Assembly (NCBI RefSeq): GCF_018350175.1
Contig: NC_058368.1
Span: 119,662,001 to 119,726,000, forward strand
Reading direction: 5' to 3'
DNA from: Felis catus
Lineage: Eukaryota
DNA length: 64,000 bases
This document shows positions 52,806 through 64,000 of the stretch, piece after piece (position 1 is the stretch's first letter; every line of letters begins with the position of its first letter). The position numbers were made by a program, and so were the translations under genes. A model generated the notes under the pieces. That model was not told the DNA's origin, made no database searches, and saw only the letters and a list, made by a program, of their open reading frames with translations.

Positions 52806-55240
52806 ACACTTGTCCATCCACAGAGCTCCATAACACTGGCCTTCTGGCAGTTCTTTCTGCAGGCCAGTCTGTTTGCCACCTCAAGACACTACACTTGTGT
52901 TGCCTCCCTTCTAATCCTTGCCTTTCTGAGTCCTGCTCATCCTTCAGTCAGGCTTTAATGGGTTTTCCTTGGAGAGGCTTTCTTTTACCATCCCAGCTGA
53001 AGCAGAAGACATCATCATTCTCTATTCAGCACCGTGTTTCCAGCATAGCACTGTTCACATGTGTAGTTGTGTGCTTGATTTACTTACTTATTCTCTCTTT
53101 CTCTCTCTGTCTCACTTGACTGTAAGCTTCATGATAGCAGGAGCTCTCTTGTATCCCTAGCATCTAGCACAGTGTAGGGACTCAATACGTTGTATTTCCT
53201 CTATCCACTTTACCCCACCATGTAAAATTATAATAGTAGGGTTTCCTCTCATGGTGAAGGCAACTGATGATATAAATATAGTGCATGTGGTATATAAATA
53301 ATCCATGACTAGTAGCGTAGAAGTGAATGAAGGTAAAAGAAGAAGGCAGCAAATGTAAACCCAGAGAGATTGGATAACAGATGTAGACAAGATTGGAAAC
53401 TTGCTTTGATGAGTTCTTTAGCCTCTCCAGCCCTCAGGTACTGCAGCTGTGTAATGGGAATAGTGGACTTCATTGTTTCATAGGACACCAAGTACTAAAT
53501 AATGTGACACCTGTGAAGAAGCTATATAGCTTGAATGGATGTGTGCAATGAAGGCAGATTTTATCTTAGCTTGAGTGAACATCAGGAGAATATCTTAAGA
53601 AAAGGTAACTACACCCAAGAGAAGAGAGATTAAATCTGCTCCTTTGGAAAAACTCTTAAGGCATTTAGATACTAAGAGTCAAAATGTGCAAATGAGTTTT
53701 AATGGGACTTCAACAAATTAGTATTCTTATTGTATAAGGCTGAGTAGCATACAGTCAACATATGGGAGGTGGATATTCTGATCCCCACTTGTGTAATTAT
53801 CATAGATTTATGGTATGAAGATTCCGGCCAAATGGACAAAAACAAATCCCCTTTGGAAGCCCCATAAACTGTCCTGCTGGATATGAGCTTGAAGTGTCTT
53901 TCACACCAGGGAGAGTACCAACTTGATTTATAAAATCAGAGCATCCTCGGAAATGGGGGATCTTCTGATTCCATGCTTCAGTTTCCTCTCTTTGAATCTC
54001 CAGGCTTTAAATGAAGTCCTAGGTAGAAGCCAACACACAGAATCTTTTAAAATGGTGTCATTTTGATTTAAGTGAGAACTGGTTGTAAGACCATTTCCCC
54101 TTTCTGCTTGTTTTCTTGGTGGCCCTTGGGGAAGCACCAGGAAATCTAGGGCTCAGTATAGCTTCTGGAAAAACCATAATCCAGACACCCTAAACAAATG
54201 GTAATTTTCATCTTTTGAAAAATTGTCTTTTTACATTTTTGGTCAGGTTCTTACCGTGTACTTTTTTAACTTCTTTCATTTTCATTTGACTTCTGTTTCA
54301 TTCTGAGGACAAATGTAAATGAAGGATGAACTGAAGAAAGGCAATTATTAGAAAAAGTAAAGAGCAAAAATAAATTAATTTTGCCTTTATCTTTGATATG
54401 TCACAGAGGAAGTTACCGTAATTTTCTACTATAAATTTTTGTGTAACAACACAAGCGATGGGACTTATTGAAAGAAAGCCTGGAAAAGAGTTTTTACAAC
54501 CAACTTTATATGCTTCCTACCTAGTAAGTTTGGGATTGTTTTCTATATTGTGAATAAAGCATAAGGTTAGCATATTATTCTATTATATCAATATAATGTA
54601 TATTTTCTCCATTGAGCCTAAGGGGCTATGGTAAAATCTCTGGGTAAAATGGTGCTTTCTATCCTGACATGAAGAATTAATTGTAAACAAAAATTCTATT
54701 TTGAGGGTGTTTGGAAATAATACCTCACACCAGCCATATTCTTCTGTATAAAAACAGCAGGAAACTTTCTTTTTATCATAGCTATATTTTCATATTGTTT
54801 ATAGTCTGTGATTTGCCTTGGTAATTTGCTTCCTTTTATAAGAAAACAAGTTTTCTTCCCAACAACCAGATGCAATGCAATCAAATAATTGTTATCTTAA
54901 TTTGCTGCTAAAGTCCTCCTGAGGAGAAAGAAAAAAAGAAAGAAAGAAAATACAGGTATGCAGTGAGGTATATTTGAACTCAGAGATGTTAACAATAATC
55001 ATAGCTATCCTTGATTGAACTCTGTATCAAGTTCACATCAAGTGCTTCTCATTTAATCCCCTAGAAAACCCTAAAAGTAAGAAACTGGGGTTCAGAGAGG
55101 TTCAGATTCCTCAAGGTCACTGTTAGTGGCTGCGTCAGAATTACAGTATAGGAAAACCATGTAGTGTTAAGTTTCAGAGAAGTTCATTTGTTCATAACAA
55201 GAATAGGGTGGGGGTAGACTGATGGAGATCAAGGGTGGGT

Positions 55241-55450
55241 GGGGCACATGGGTGGCTCAGTCGGTTAAGGGTATGACTTCCACTCAAGTCAGGATCACAG
55301 GGTTCTTGAGTTTGAGCCCCATGTTAGGCTCTGTGCTGACAGCTCAGAGCCTGGAGCCTACTTCAGATTCTGTGTCTCCCTCTCTCTCTGCCCCTCTCTT
55401 GCTTGAACTCTCTCTCTCAAAAATAGATAAACATTAAAGAAAAAAAAAAA
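55241..55450 (+). mobile_element. Carnivore SINE
   Basis: TSD-like agggtgggtg / ggggtgggtg. Confidence 0.9.
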
Positions 55451-56276
55451 GGGGTGGGTGATGAGGCTGAACATTAATTCCTCTACCTCTCAGACCCAAG
55501 TTGCTGCTGTGGGATGTAATAACTGGGACAAGCAGAATCAAATCCCCAGTTGCCCCAACCCCAGTTCTGGCACTCTTCACCATCATGCCATACCACAGAG
55601 GTACCAGATGGAAGTACTATCTTTTTTGACTGGCCAAAAGTAGCTCTTCAAGGGAACCACCTCCCAAGATTGAGTGAGGAAGTCACATCCAGCCTCCAGG
55701 AGGAGGTGGGATGGCAGAAAGTGCTGGACAGGGATAATTGCCCTTTCTCTTTCCCTTTCAAATTTCAAGCCTTAGGAACACGACTTCCCCCATGATACTG
55801 CTTTAAAAAAATTAAACCAGATTGGGCTGAAATCTGCGAATCTGTCCTCAGTTACCCACACAGAACTTCTGGGACACAATCTCTCCTCCCAGAGACTCCT
55901 ACACAGCATTATTTTTAAGAATTTGATTTCCTAGGACCACAAATATGAAGAAGCACAAGATTTCATAGTACAAAAAGATGTCAAAAACATTTGAAATTGA
56001 ATAGGAAGAATTTATCCTTGTCTTCCTAAATACCTAAGCACACACACACACAAAAGTACATATACACATGTATAAAATCTTTAAGTGTAAAAAAACCCAC
56101 AAAAGCATATTAGCAGTTTCTCATTCTAGAGTCACTGGCAAACCTGAGATGAGTGAGGTAGTCATAAACAAGATTAATCCAGATGCCTTGACAGGCGTTG
56201 TTGGTCCCCAGAGAAAAGGCACACTTGGACATGAGCCTATGACAAACTCAAAACTCTGTTTAAATCATATATACTG

Positions 56277-56488
56277 AGGGGCGCCTGGGTGACTCAGTCA
56301 GTTAAGCGGCCGACTTTGGCTCAGGTCATGATCTCGCAGTCCGTGAGTTCCAGCCCCGCGTTGGGCTCTGTGCTGACAGCTCAGAGCCTGGAGCCTGTTT
56401 CAGATTCTGTGTCTCCCTCTCTCTGACCCTCCCCTGTTCATGCTCTGTCTCTCCCTGTCTCAAAAATAAATAAAAACGTTAAAAAAAT
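56277..56488 (+). mobile_element. Young feline SINE with TSD
   Basis: TSD tttaaatcatatatactg on both sides; several CpGs retained. Confidence 0.95.
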
Positions 56489-56556
56489 TTAAATCATATA
56501 TACTGCAGCTCACCTAGTTATTCATTTGGGGAAAGTTACTTAAGAATATAATTGTA

Positions 56557-56720
56557 GGGGCACCTGGGTGGCTCAGTTGGTTAAGTATTTGACTCTTGAT
56601 CTCCACTTAGGTCATGATCTCGTGGTTGGTGGGATTGAGCCCCGCATCAGGCTCTGCACTAAGTGGGAAGCCTGCTTGGGATTCTCCCTCTCCCTCTCTC
56701 AAAATAAACATTTCAAAAAA
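56557..56720 (+). mobile_element. Carnivore SINE
   Basis: TSD aatataattgt. Confidence 0.88.
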
Positions 56721-57895
56721 TAATATAATTGTGATTAAGTATTTTATACTAATAAACTTTGTATTACCTTAGAAGCTTGGCCCTATGTATCAGCAAGGTT
56801 ATAACCAAAAACTAAAAAGAAACATCAATTCTTGGTTTTAAAACCAATTGACCTTCCAAATCTTGATGAAAATCCTAGAACCCTAGAAATGGGGGCATAT
56901 TAAACTCTGGTCTTCCCCATCTCTTAGCTTTTGTTTTATTCCATTTAACTGTTTGCTCTTTTCTAACATTAATTACATATGCCACTGACTGAGTCCAAAT
57001 CATACAGCAAAGACTGTGGTAAGTGTTTGTAGATATTACCATGTTCTCTCTTCAGAACAATCTTAGGGGGTAAGGAGTATTTTTTTCCATGTTACAGATG
57101 AGAAAACTCAGATGTAGGGAGATCCTTACCCAGGTTTGCAGCTAGTGGGTAATAAAATCAAGATTTAGACTCTGGTCAAGTCTGTCTGACTCTAAAGACT
57201 GTGAATGCTTTTTAATTGCTAAATTACCTTGGATTGTCCATATAGTACAGATCCTTCCTATAGAGCGAAATATAGAAATTAGTAATACAGAAAGTGATAT
57301 CAAAAGGATTTTTTTAAAAGATGGTAGAAGAAACAGTATATTTGTATGCTGATAGGAAGAATCCAGTTTTTAGGGAAAAATAGACAATATCGAAGAGAAA
57401 GGAGAGATAGCTGGAGTGAGATACTTGGGTAAGTAAAAAAGTAATGGGATTGAGGGCATAGAGTTGATCCCTTTGTTATGAACCTTGTCACTTCATCCAG
57501 AGTAATAGAGTGTATAAATATTAATAGATATAGTAATAATAAATGTCTACACACATACTTGTACAAAAATAATATATGTATTAATATATATTAATATAAT
57601 ATATATTATATTATATATTACTATATATATTTATATAGTAAAAGAACATATAGGTACAGACATGGCTGATGTGCTTTGGTGGGAACTTACTGATGTTCCT
57701 TTGGGTCATTTCTATTTGTTCAGTAAAATAAGTAGCTTTAAGACTGAGGATGGGGAAGGAAGTATTTGAGGTTTGAAGAGAGAAAATACACTATAAAATA
57801 GTTAACCAGGACTCTGGGGAGTGAATGAACTAAAGGAATGTATTACTCACTGGGAGCATTAAGGACTCACTTGAAGCAAGTGGCCATGAATTTAA

Positions 57896-58100
57896 TTTTT
57901 TTTTTTAGTGCTTATTTATTTTTGAGAGAGAGAGAGCACGTGCGAATGAGAGAGGGGCAGAGAGAGAAGGAGACATAGAATCCGAAGCAGGCTCCAGGCT
58001 CTGAGCTGTCAGCACAGAGCCCAACGCGGGGCTTGAACCCACGAACCATGAGATCATGACCTGAGCCAAAGTCAGACGCTTAACCAACTGAGTCACTCTC
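57896..58100 (-). mobile_element. Carnivore SINE nested in an old L2
   Basis: TSD caagtggccatgaatttaa on both sides. Confidence 0.92.
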
Positions 58101-59502
58101 CAAGTGGCCATGAATTTAAAGTGAAATCATTCAACATGGTTTTATATTTTTCTCCAACTGCATAGGTGCAGGTGGGGAGCAGGCCCAGATATGATCCTAA
58201 CCATTGGATGTGAGGTTTTGCAAAATGGGGGCAAAAGAGTTGGAGATATAGGCAGGAGAGTTACTAAAACAATTGAATTATTAATAATAAAATTATTAAT
58301 AATACAATAAGGTAAGATATTCAATGAGGACATGATGGAGATAAAGGATAATGAAAAGGCATAAGATCAAATGGGTTGATTCCCTGTGGGATCAAAAGGT
58401 TGTTGGGATCTACTATTGGAGAAAATGAGCTGGAAAACCAGGAGGAGATGGTGTGATGTGTGAAATTGGGCTTACAGAGAGTCAGGCAATGATAAGGACT
58501 CAGTTCTGGCCATGACCATGAAAGCACGTGGCTGAGGGAGAGTGGAAGATGTGATTATTGTAAGAGAGCGGTTGGGAGTATTCAAAGATCATCGTGAAAG
58601 CAAAGAATAATGTTATTTCAATTTCATAACACTCCTATTATCCTCACTGTAGGAAGAAAAATTGAGGCTGGGAGTTGGTTATTAAGTCCAAGATTCCAGT
58701 GCTAGGAGGTATTTGCATTGGGATTTGAATCTAGTGTGTAAGACTCATGTCTCTTACCCACTGTTCATGGTGGCTTAGGTATGGAATGTTCTCTGCCTCT
58801 ATGCCATGGCTAAAGGGGCTGAAAATTTTCAAATACTTTGTGTCATTTGCCTACCAAATCTGTCATTCACCAACATGGATTTGTTAAGCACCTACTAAAC
58901 ACCGGTGTGCCCCACTGTTCCATATCCAGTGCCACAAGGATGAAAGGAATTATATGAAATTGCAGTTGAAAATTCAGTTGCAGCTGTATTATCATCCATG
59001 CCAGTAAGAAAGTACTTGAATCATTATTTGACTATTTTATTGTATCTTGCCCTTATTAGCTTATAAAAAATGAGTAGAGAGTAGAAAATGAAAGTGCTGA
59101 TATTGGTGATATGAAGCATATATCTCATAAATTTAATATAATTGAGACAAAGGTGGAAATCTTTAGGCATACTGAAAGAGGCAAAGAGCCTCAAGTGGAT
59201 ATCATTGGATTTAAATCAGTTGAGTTAGTTTTCAGTTAGGAATGAAAAAAATCAAGTTAAAAGAAAAGGTATACAGTGTGAGAACTGTATTTCAAAGATA
59301 CTGTACTTGTTTGGGAATGTCTATCATGTAAGATGCCTATGTTTTGATTTGTGCAACAAGGTCTTTATACATGACTAAAGGGATATGTTATGTATGAATA
59401 TATGGAACACTTATAATATAGAATGGATATAGGTATTGGGAAGAAAATAGAAGAGGAAATATTCAATTCAGTGGGATCCAAGGATGTCTTCCCTGAGGTG
59501 GC

Positions 59503-59531
59503 CTTTTTTTTTTTTTAATTTAATGTTCATT

Positions 59532-59584
<53 letters not shown>

Positions 59585-59758
59585 AAGAGAGAGAGTAAGA
59601 GTGGGGTAGGGGCAGAGCGAGAGGGAGACACAGATTTTCAAGCAGGCTCCAGATGACAGATGACAACTTGGAGCCTGACTCAGGGTGGAACCCACAAGCT
59701 GTGAAATCATGACCTGAGCCAAAGTTGGATGCTTAACCTACTGAGCCACCCAGGTGGC
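59503..59758 (-). mobile_element. Carnivore SINE (cluster member 1)
   Basis: TSD ccctgaggtggcc. Confidence 0.88.
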
Positions 59759-59770
59759 CCTGAGGTGGCC

Positions 59771-59984
59771 TTTTTTTTTTTTTTAAATGTTTACTTATTT
59801 ATTTTGAGAAAGAGAGAGAGTGAACACGAGTAAGTGAGGGGCAGAGAGAAAGGGAGAGACAGAATCCCAAGCAGGCTCTGAGCTGTCAGCATGCAGCCGG
59901 ACATGGGGCTTGAACTCATGAACTATGAGATCAGGACCTGAGCTGAGACTAAAAATCAGACACTTAACTGAATGAGCCACCCAG
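59771..59984 (-). mobile_element. Carnivore SINE (cluster member 2)
   Basis: Reverse-complement SINE ending gagccacccag. Confidence 0.88.
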
Positions 59985-60010
59985 TGGGCTTTTTAAAAGC
60001 AAAGTCATAA

Positions 60011-60225
60011 GGGCACATGGGTGGCTCAGTCGGTTAAGTGTCTGACTCTTGATTTTGGCTCAGCTCATGATCTCATGTTTTGTGAGTTCGACCCTGCATC
60101 AGGCTCTGTGCTGATAGCATGGATCCGGTTTGGGATTCTGTTTCCCTCTCCCTCTGCTCCCCCCGCCCCCCACTTGCTCTCTATCTCTCTCTCAAAATAA
60201 TAAAAATAAACTTAAAAAATTATTA
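60011..60225 (+). mobile_element. Carnivore SINE (cluster member 3)
   Basis: TSD agcaaagtcataa. Confidence 0.88.
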
Positions 60226-61083
60226 AAAAAGTAAGAGCAAAGTCATAAAGAATGAGGAGCTTATCAGGCAGGTAATATAAAGAATGACGATATAGGCAGA
60301 AGGGCCAACAGATGCCAAGGCATGGAAATGAGGTTGAATATGGCTTGTTTTCTGAACCTCATAGTTGGAACTTAAGGGCAGGGAGCAGACAAAGTCTCTG
60401 TCTTGAGAGCTAAGATGGAGCAGATGGTGAAGGGCCTTATATGACATGCTAAACTACTGGACTTTATCATGGATGCTGGGGAGACTTGTAGGTACCAAGG
60501 AACCACAAAACATTTTTATCAGTGTCTTCTTTTTGTTTTTGTTGTTAATATAATGTTAGTTAAATTCACATCACTGTTGTTTGGTGCTTACAGAACACTT
60601 TGTGATATCTGTGATCTGGGGTATACCTTTTTTGGACCACTGTCATACATTTCTTCCTTTCAGCTATTTGGCTTACTGAGTCTCTTCATTCATGTATTTA
60701 GATAAATATTTACTGAGCACCTACTCAGTACCAGTTATGTTCTAAGTAATGGATTCAGGAGGAATATAGTTATTGCTCTCATGATGCTTATATTCTAGTG
60801 GGGATATAGATTGATAGGTAAATTCATATGCAAATTACATGTTATCCTAAATTGCTACTTCATACTAATACTGTTAATTTCTTTCCTGTGACTCCTCTTT
60901 CTTTCTATTCTGTAATCTTGTGATAGAGACCATGGTATGTATCCCTACAATGTAGGTTGGAGGAGCCAAATAGTATAGGCTTAAATCACTACCCATGAAT
61001 ACTGTCTATATAGGATGCGAATTAGGCTGAACTATGAAGTTGAAAAAGTCCCTCCCTATCCTCTGCTATACCTTCGTTGCTGT

Positions 61084-61304
61084 CTGGTATCAAGAGTGGT
61101 CCAGGGGCACCAGGGTGGCTCAGTGGGTTGGGAGTCTGACTTTGGCTCAGGTCATGATCTCACAGTGTGTGAGTTGGAGCCTCACATTGGGCTCGCTGCT
61201 GTCAGCCTGTCAACACAGAGCCCGCTTTGGATCCTTTGTCCCCCTCTGTCTGCCCCTGCCCTGCTTGCACTCTCCCCAAAATTAATAAATATTAAAAAAA
61301 AAAA
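61084..61304 (+). mobile_element. Carnivore SINE
   Basis: TSD aagagtggtccag. Confidence 0.9.
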
Positions 61305-61550
61305 AGAGTGGTCCAGAAATGGAAACACCACAAAGGAAGGACAAAGGTTTCCAATCATATCATTAATTCATCATTAAGAAGAGAGAACTAGTCTCAAGTT
61401 TTCAATGTTCTCTTTACTTGATGGTTTAGCAAAGGATAGACTATTATTCTCTTGCAAATTCATATATGTGGTCTATAAGATCACTAATTTTTTAAAATTC
61501 ATGTTTCGAATTTCAGATAATTTCCTAATAATACTCAAATAACAACAATA

Positions 61551-61758
61551 GGGGCGCCTGTGTGGCTCAGTCGGTTAAGCATCCAACTCTTGATTTCAGC
61601 TCAGGTCATGATCTCACTGTTGTAGGTTCGAGCCCCACATTGGGCTCTGTGCTGTCAGTGTGGAGCTTGCTTGGGATTCTCTCTCTCCCTCTCTTTCTGC
61701 CCCTCCTCCACTTGCACATGCTCTCTCTATCTCAAAATAAATAAATATTAAAAAGAAA
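61551..61758 (+). mobile_element. Carnivore SINE
   Basis: TSD caaataacaacaatag. Confidence 0.92.
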
Positions 61759-62144
61759 CAAATAACAACAATAGTATTTTAGAATTGTTGCTAGTGAAAA
61801 CAATAGCAATAAATAGCTAATACATTCTGAGCACTCACTTGCTAAATATATTATATCCACTATCTGAATACTCAAAATGTTGGGCTCAAAGTGTTTAGGC
61901 AGCTTTCCTCAGGTGGCACTACTAGTAAAAAAGCAGAGTTGGGTTTCACACCTGAGACACGGGTTTTTATCCTAGAACCTGGGCTCTCAGCCTCTGTGGT
62001 ATGTGACCATGCTGCCAGAGGTCCAAGCTACCACGTGGTCTTTTTCCTTCTGGAAAATGAACATCTTTTGATGGAATCTAAAATAGATTCCTCCCTTAGA
62101 TCTAAGGCAGATTTTGTCCCTATGGGAGATTCTGCCGTGTTTCA

Positions 62145-62435
62145 GGCAATAGAAACATAAAGCAAACCATGCATATAATTTAAAATTTTCTGGTAGCTAC
62201 ATGAAAAAAAAAAGTAAAAAAGAAGTAAAATTAATTTGAATAAAATATTTTATCTAACCCAATATATAAAAAAATTATCATTTCACTGTATTTCCACATA
62301 TTTTTCATTCCCTCAGTTTTTGAATTTAAAATAATTAAAACCAAATAAAATTTAAAAATTGAGCTCTTCATTCACACTTGCCATCATTTAAATGCTCAGT
62401 AGCCACCTGTGGCTAATGGCTACTGTCTTAAGGAA
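62145..62435. mobile_element. hAT-Charlie MITE, MER33/MER3-like
   Basis: caatagaaacataaagcaaacc...taacccaatatat (MER33-like) and aatgctcagtagccacctgtggctaatggctac (shared MER3/MER33 terminus). Confidence 0.65.
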
Positions 62436-62472
62436 ATGAAGCTTTAGAGGGTTCCATTTTAACCTCAAGTTA

Positions 62473-62686
62473 GGAGCACCTCAGTAGCTCATTCGGTAAA
62501 ACTTCCGACCCTCAGGTCATGATCTCAAGGCTAGTGAGTTCCAGGACTGAGTTGGGCTGTGGGCTGACAGCTCAGAGTGGGGAGCCTGCTTCGGATTCTG
62601 TGTCTCCCTCTCTCTCTCTGCCCTTCCCCTGCTTACACTCTGTCTGTCTGTCTTTCTCTCAAAAGTAAATAAACATTAAAAAAAAT
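62473..62686 (+). mobile_element. Carnivore SINE
   Basis: TSD taacctcaagtta. Confidence 0.88.
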
Positions 62687-64000
62687 AACCTCAAGTTAAA
62701 CATCAAGTTGCTCAGTAACATTCTGTACAGATTCATCAGTAGACCCTGAGATTTTGTAGTTACTTTTTTAACGCATGGTTAGAAACATGGAAGCTATTTC
62801 AGGCAGAGCAGGTGTTTTCCATTCATTGTAGAATTGTGTCTTCTAGAATTTGATAAGTGCTTTGTAGCTATCTGCCATATTTCCAGCTTGAGTGAGCCTC
62901 CAGGCTCATAAAGGAAACCATATCAATGGTTAAATAAAAGAAAGTGATGTCAGTTGTGAAAGTTAAAGTTGAAAAAAAAATTTTTTTTTTGTTCTTGTAG
63001 GCATAGGTGGAGGTGCAGGCTGTGATCTTCATCATTTCCCTTCCATCCCTGAAGAAATTCTGATTCTATCATTTAAAATTCATTACTTTATTATGTTGAA
63101 ATCTACATTGTGAGGGCTTGATAACATCAGGGTAGACTCTGTTTCCATCTGAGTTTTACAACCTACAGGGAGTCTAATCTATCAGAGCTTCCTTCCCAAG
63201 CCGGGGAAAGAGACAAGGAAGAAAGAAAAGATACCTGAAGTTTGCATGTCAACCCTACTCAGAGGTCTTTTTTCTTTTCCCATCCCATCCCATCCCCCTT
63301 TTTTTTCATTTTATTGAAAAATAAAAAAAACACAAAGAGTTTAGTGATAATGGCTTCCCCTGCTGTCCATCATAGTCCTGTCCGCAAAGGACTGTACTAT
63401 TACATTATTTGTACATTAAATGGAATTCATTGTTAAAACCAGGTTTTTCTTGTTTTACACTTTAGATCTTCCATAAACAGGACAGATAATGAACATAAAA
63501 GAACCCAGCTTACCTAGGAAGATAAGGCAAAATTGCCCAGGTGTTTGAATTGTGCTGGCCAGTTTTATCTGGTAGCGATAAATCCTCTCCAGTTCTGGCA
63601 GTCAGTACTGGGGGTGGGGGGGATGAGGAAGAATTAAAACACACTAATAGGTACCCCCCTTTAATGTCTACAGTATCTATTTTACACATAGGACCACATA
63701 GTATTTATTAGACAAAAGTCTCCAAGGTTTGAAGCACAATTATAATAGTTTCTGCTTAGGTAAAAATAATAAATAAAATTAAAATAAACAGTAGGAGATG
63801 ATCTGTTGCAAAGAATCTAATCTTCAATTATTATATTTTGCTTTTGTACAGAAGCATTTACATTCCCTAGTCATCTGATGCCAAACAGGTGCCATATCAG
63901 CAGCCAAGTCTCAGCAATGGGAAGGAAATGAGTTATTTTTTGCTTTTGATGTTGCCTTTGGATGTTCCAATTCAAGTCAAGATGAATTCTTCAAACCTCC

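Overview
Mammalian genomic DNA, almost certainly from a cat-family carnivore, since it is dense in tRNA-derived carnivore SINEs of the feline SINEC_Fc type. The window holds the head-to-head YIPF5 / KCTD16 locus. On the minus strand are YIPF5 non-coding exon 1 (~5115-5210) and its first coding exon (CDS 4419-4528, [37 protein letters not shown]...), which is too short to appear in the ORF track; later exons lie left of the window. A CpG-rich bidirectional promoter lies at ~4860-5550. On the plus strand, a second CpG island (~37540-37980) precedes the large first coding exon of KCTD16, a GABA-B receptor auxiliary subunit (exon 38828-40006, CDS 39175-40006, T1/BTB and H1 domains). The rest of the window is KCTD16 intron. 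Other content is ordinary transposon debris: about 25 SINEs, L1, L2 and MIR fragments, a near full-length Charlie1a-type hAT element, MITEs, solo LTRs and microsatellites. Nearly all other ORFs in the track are spurious. I found no new gene or multi-gene system. The best second-look items are a templated 42-bp insertion with flanking duplication, a uORF-laden KCTD16 leader with a perfect upstream splice donor, a possible H2-less read-through KCTD16 isoform, a CTCF-like site between the two promoters, and a tight inverted SINE cluster. Repeat family names and human comparisons come from recalled sequences and were not searched.
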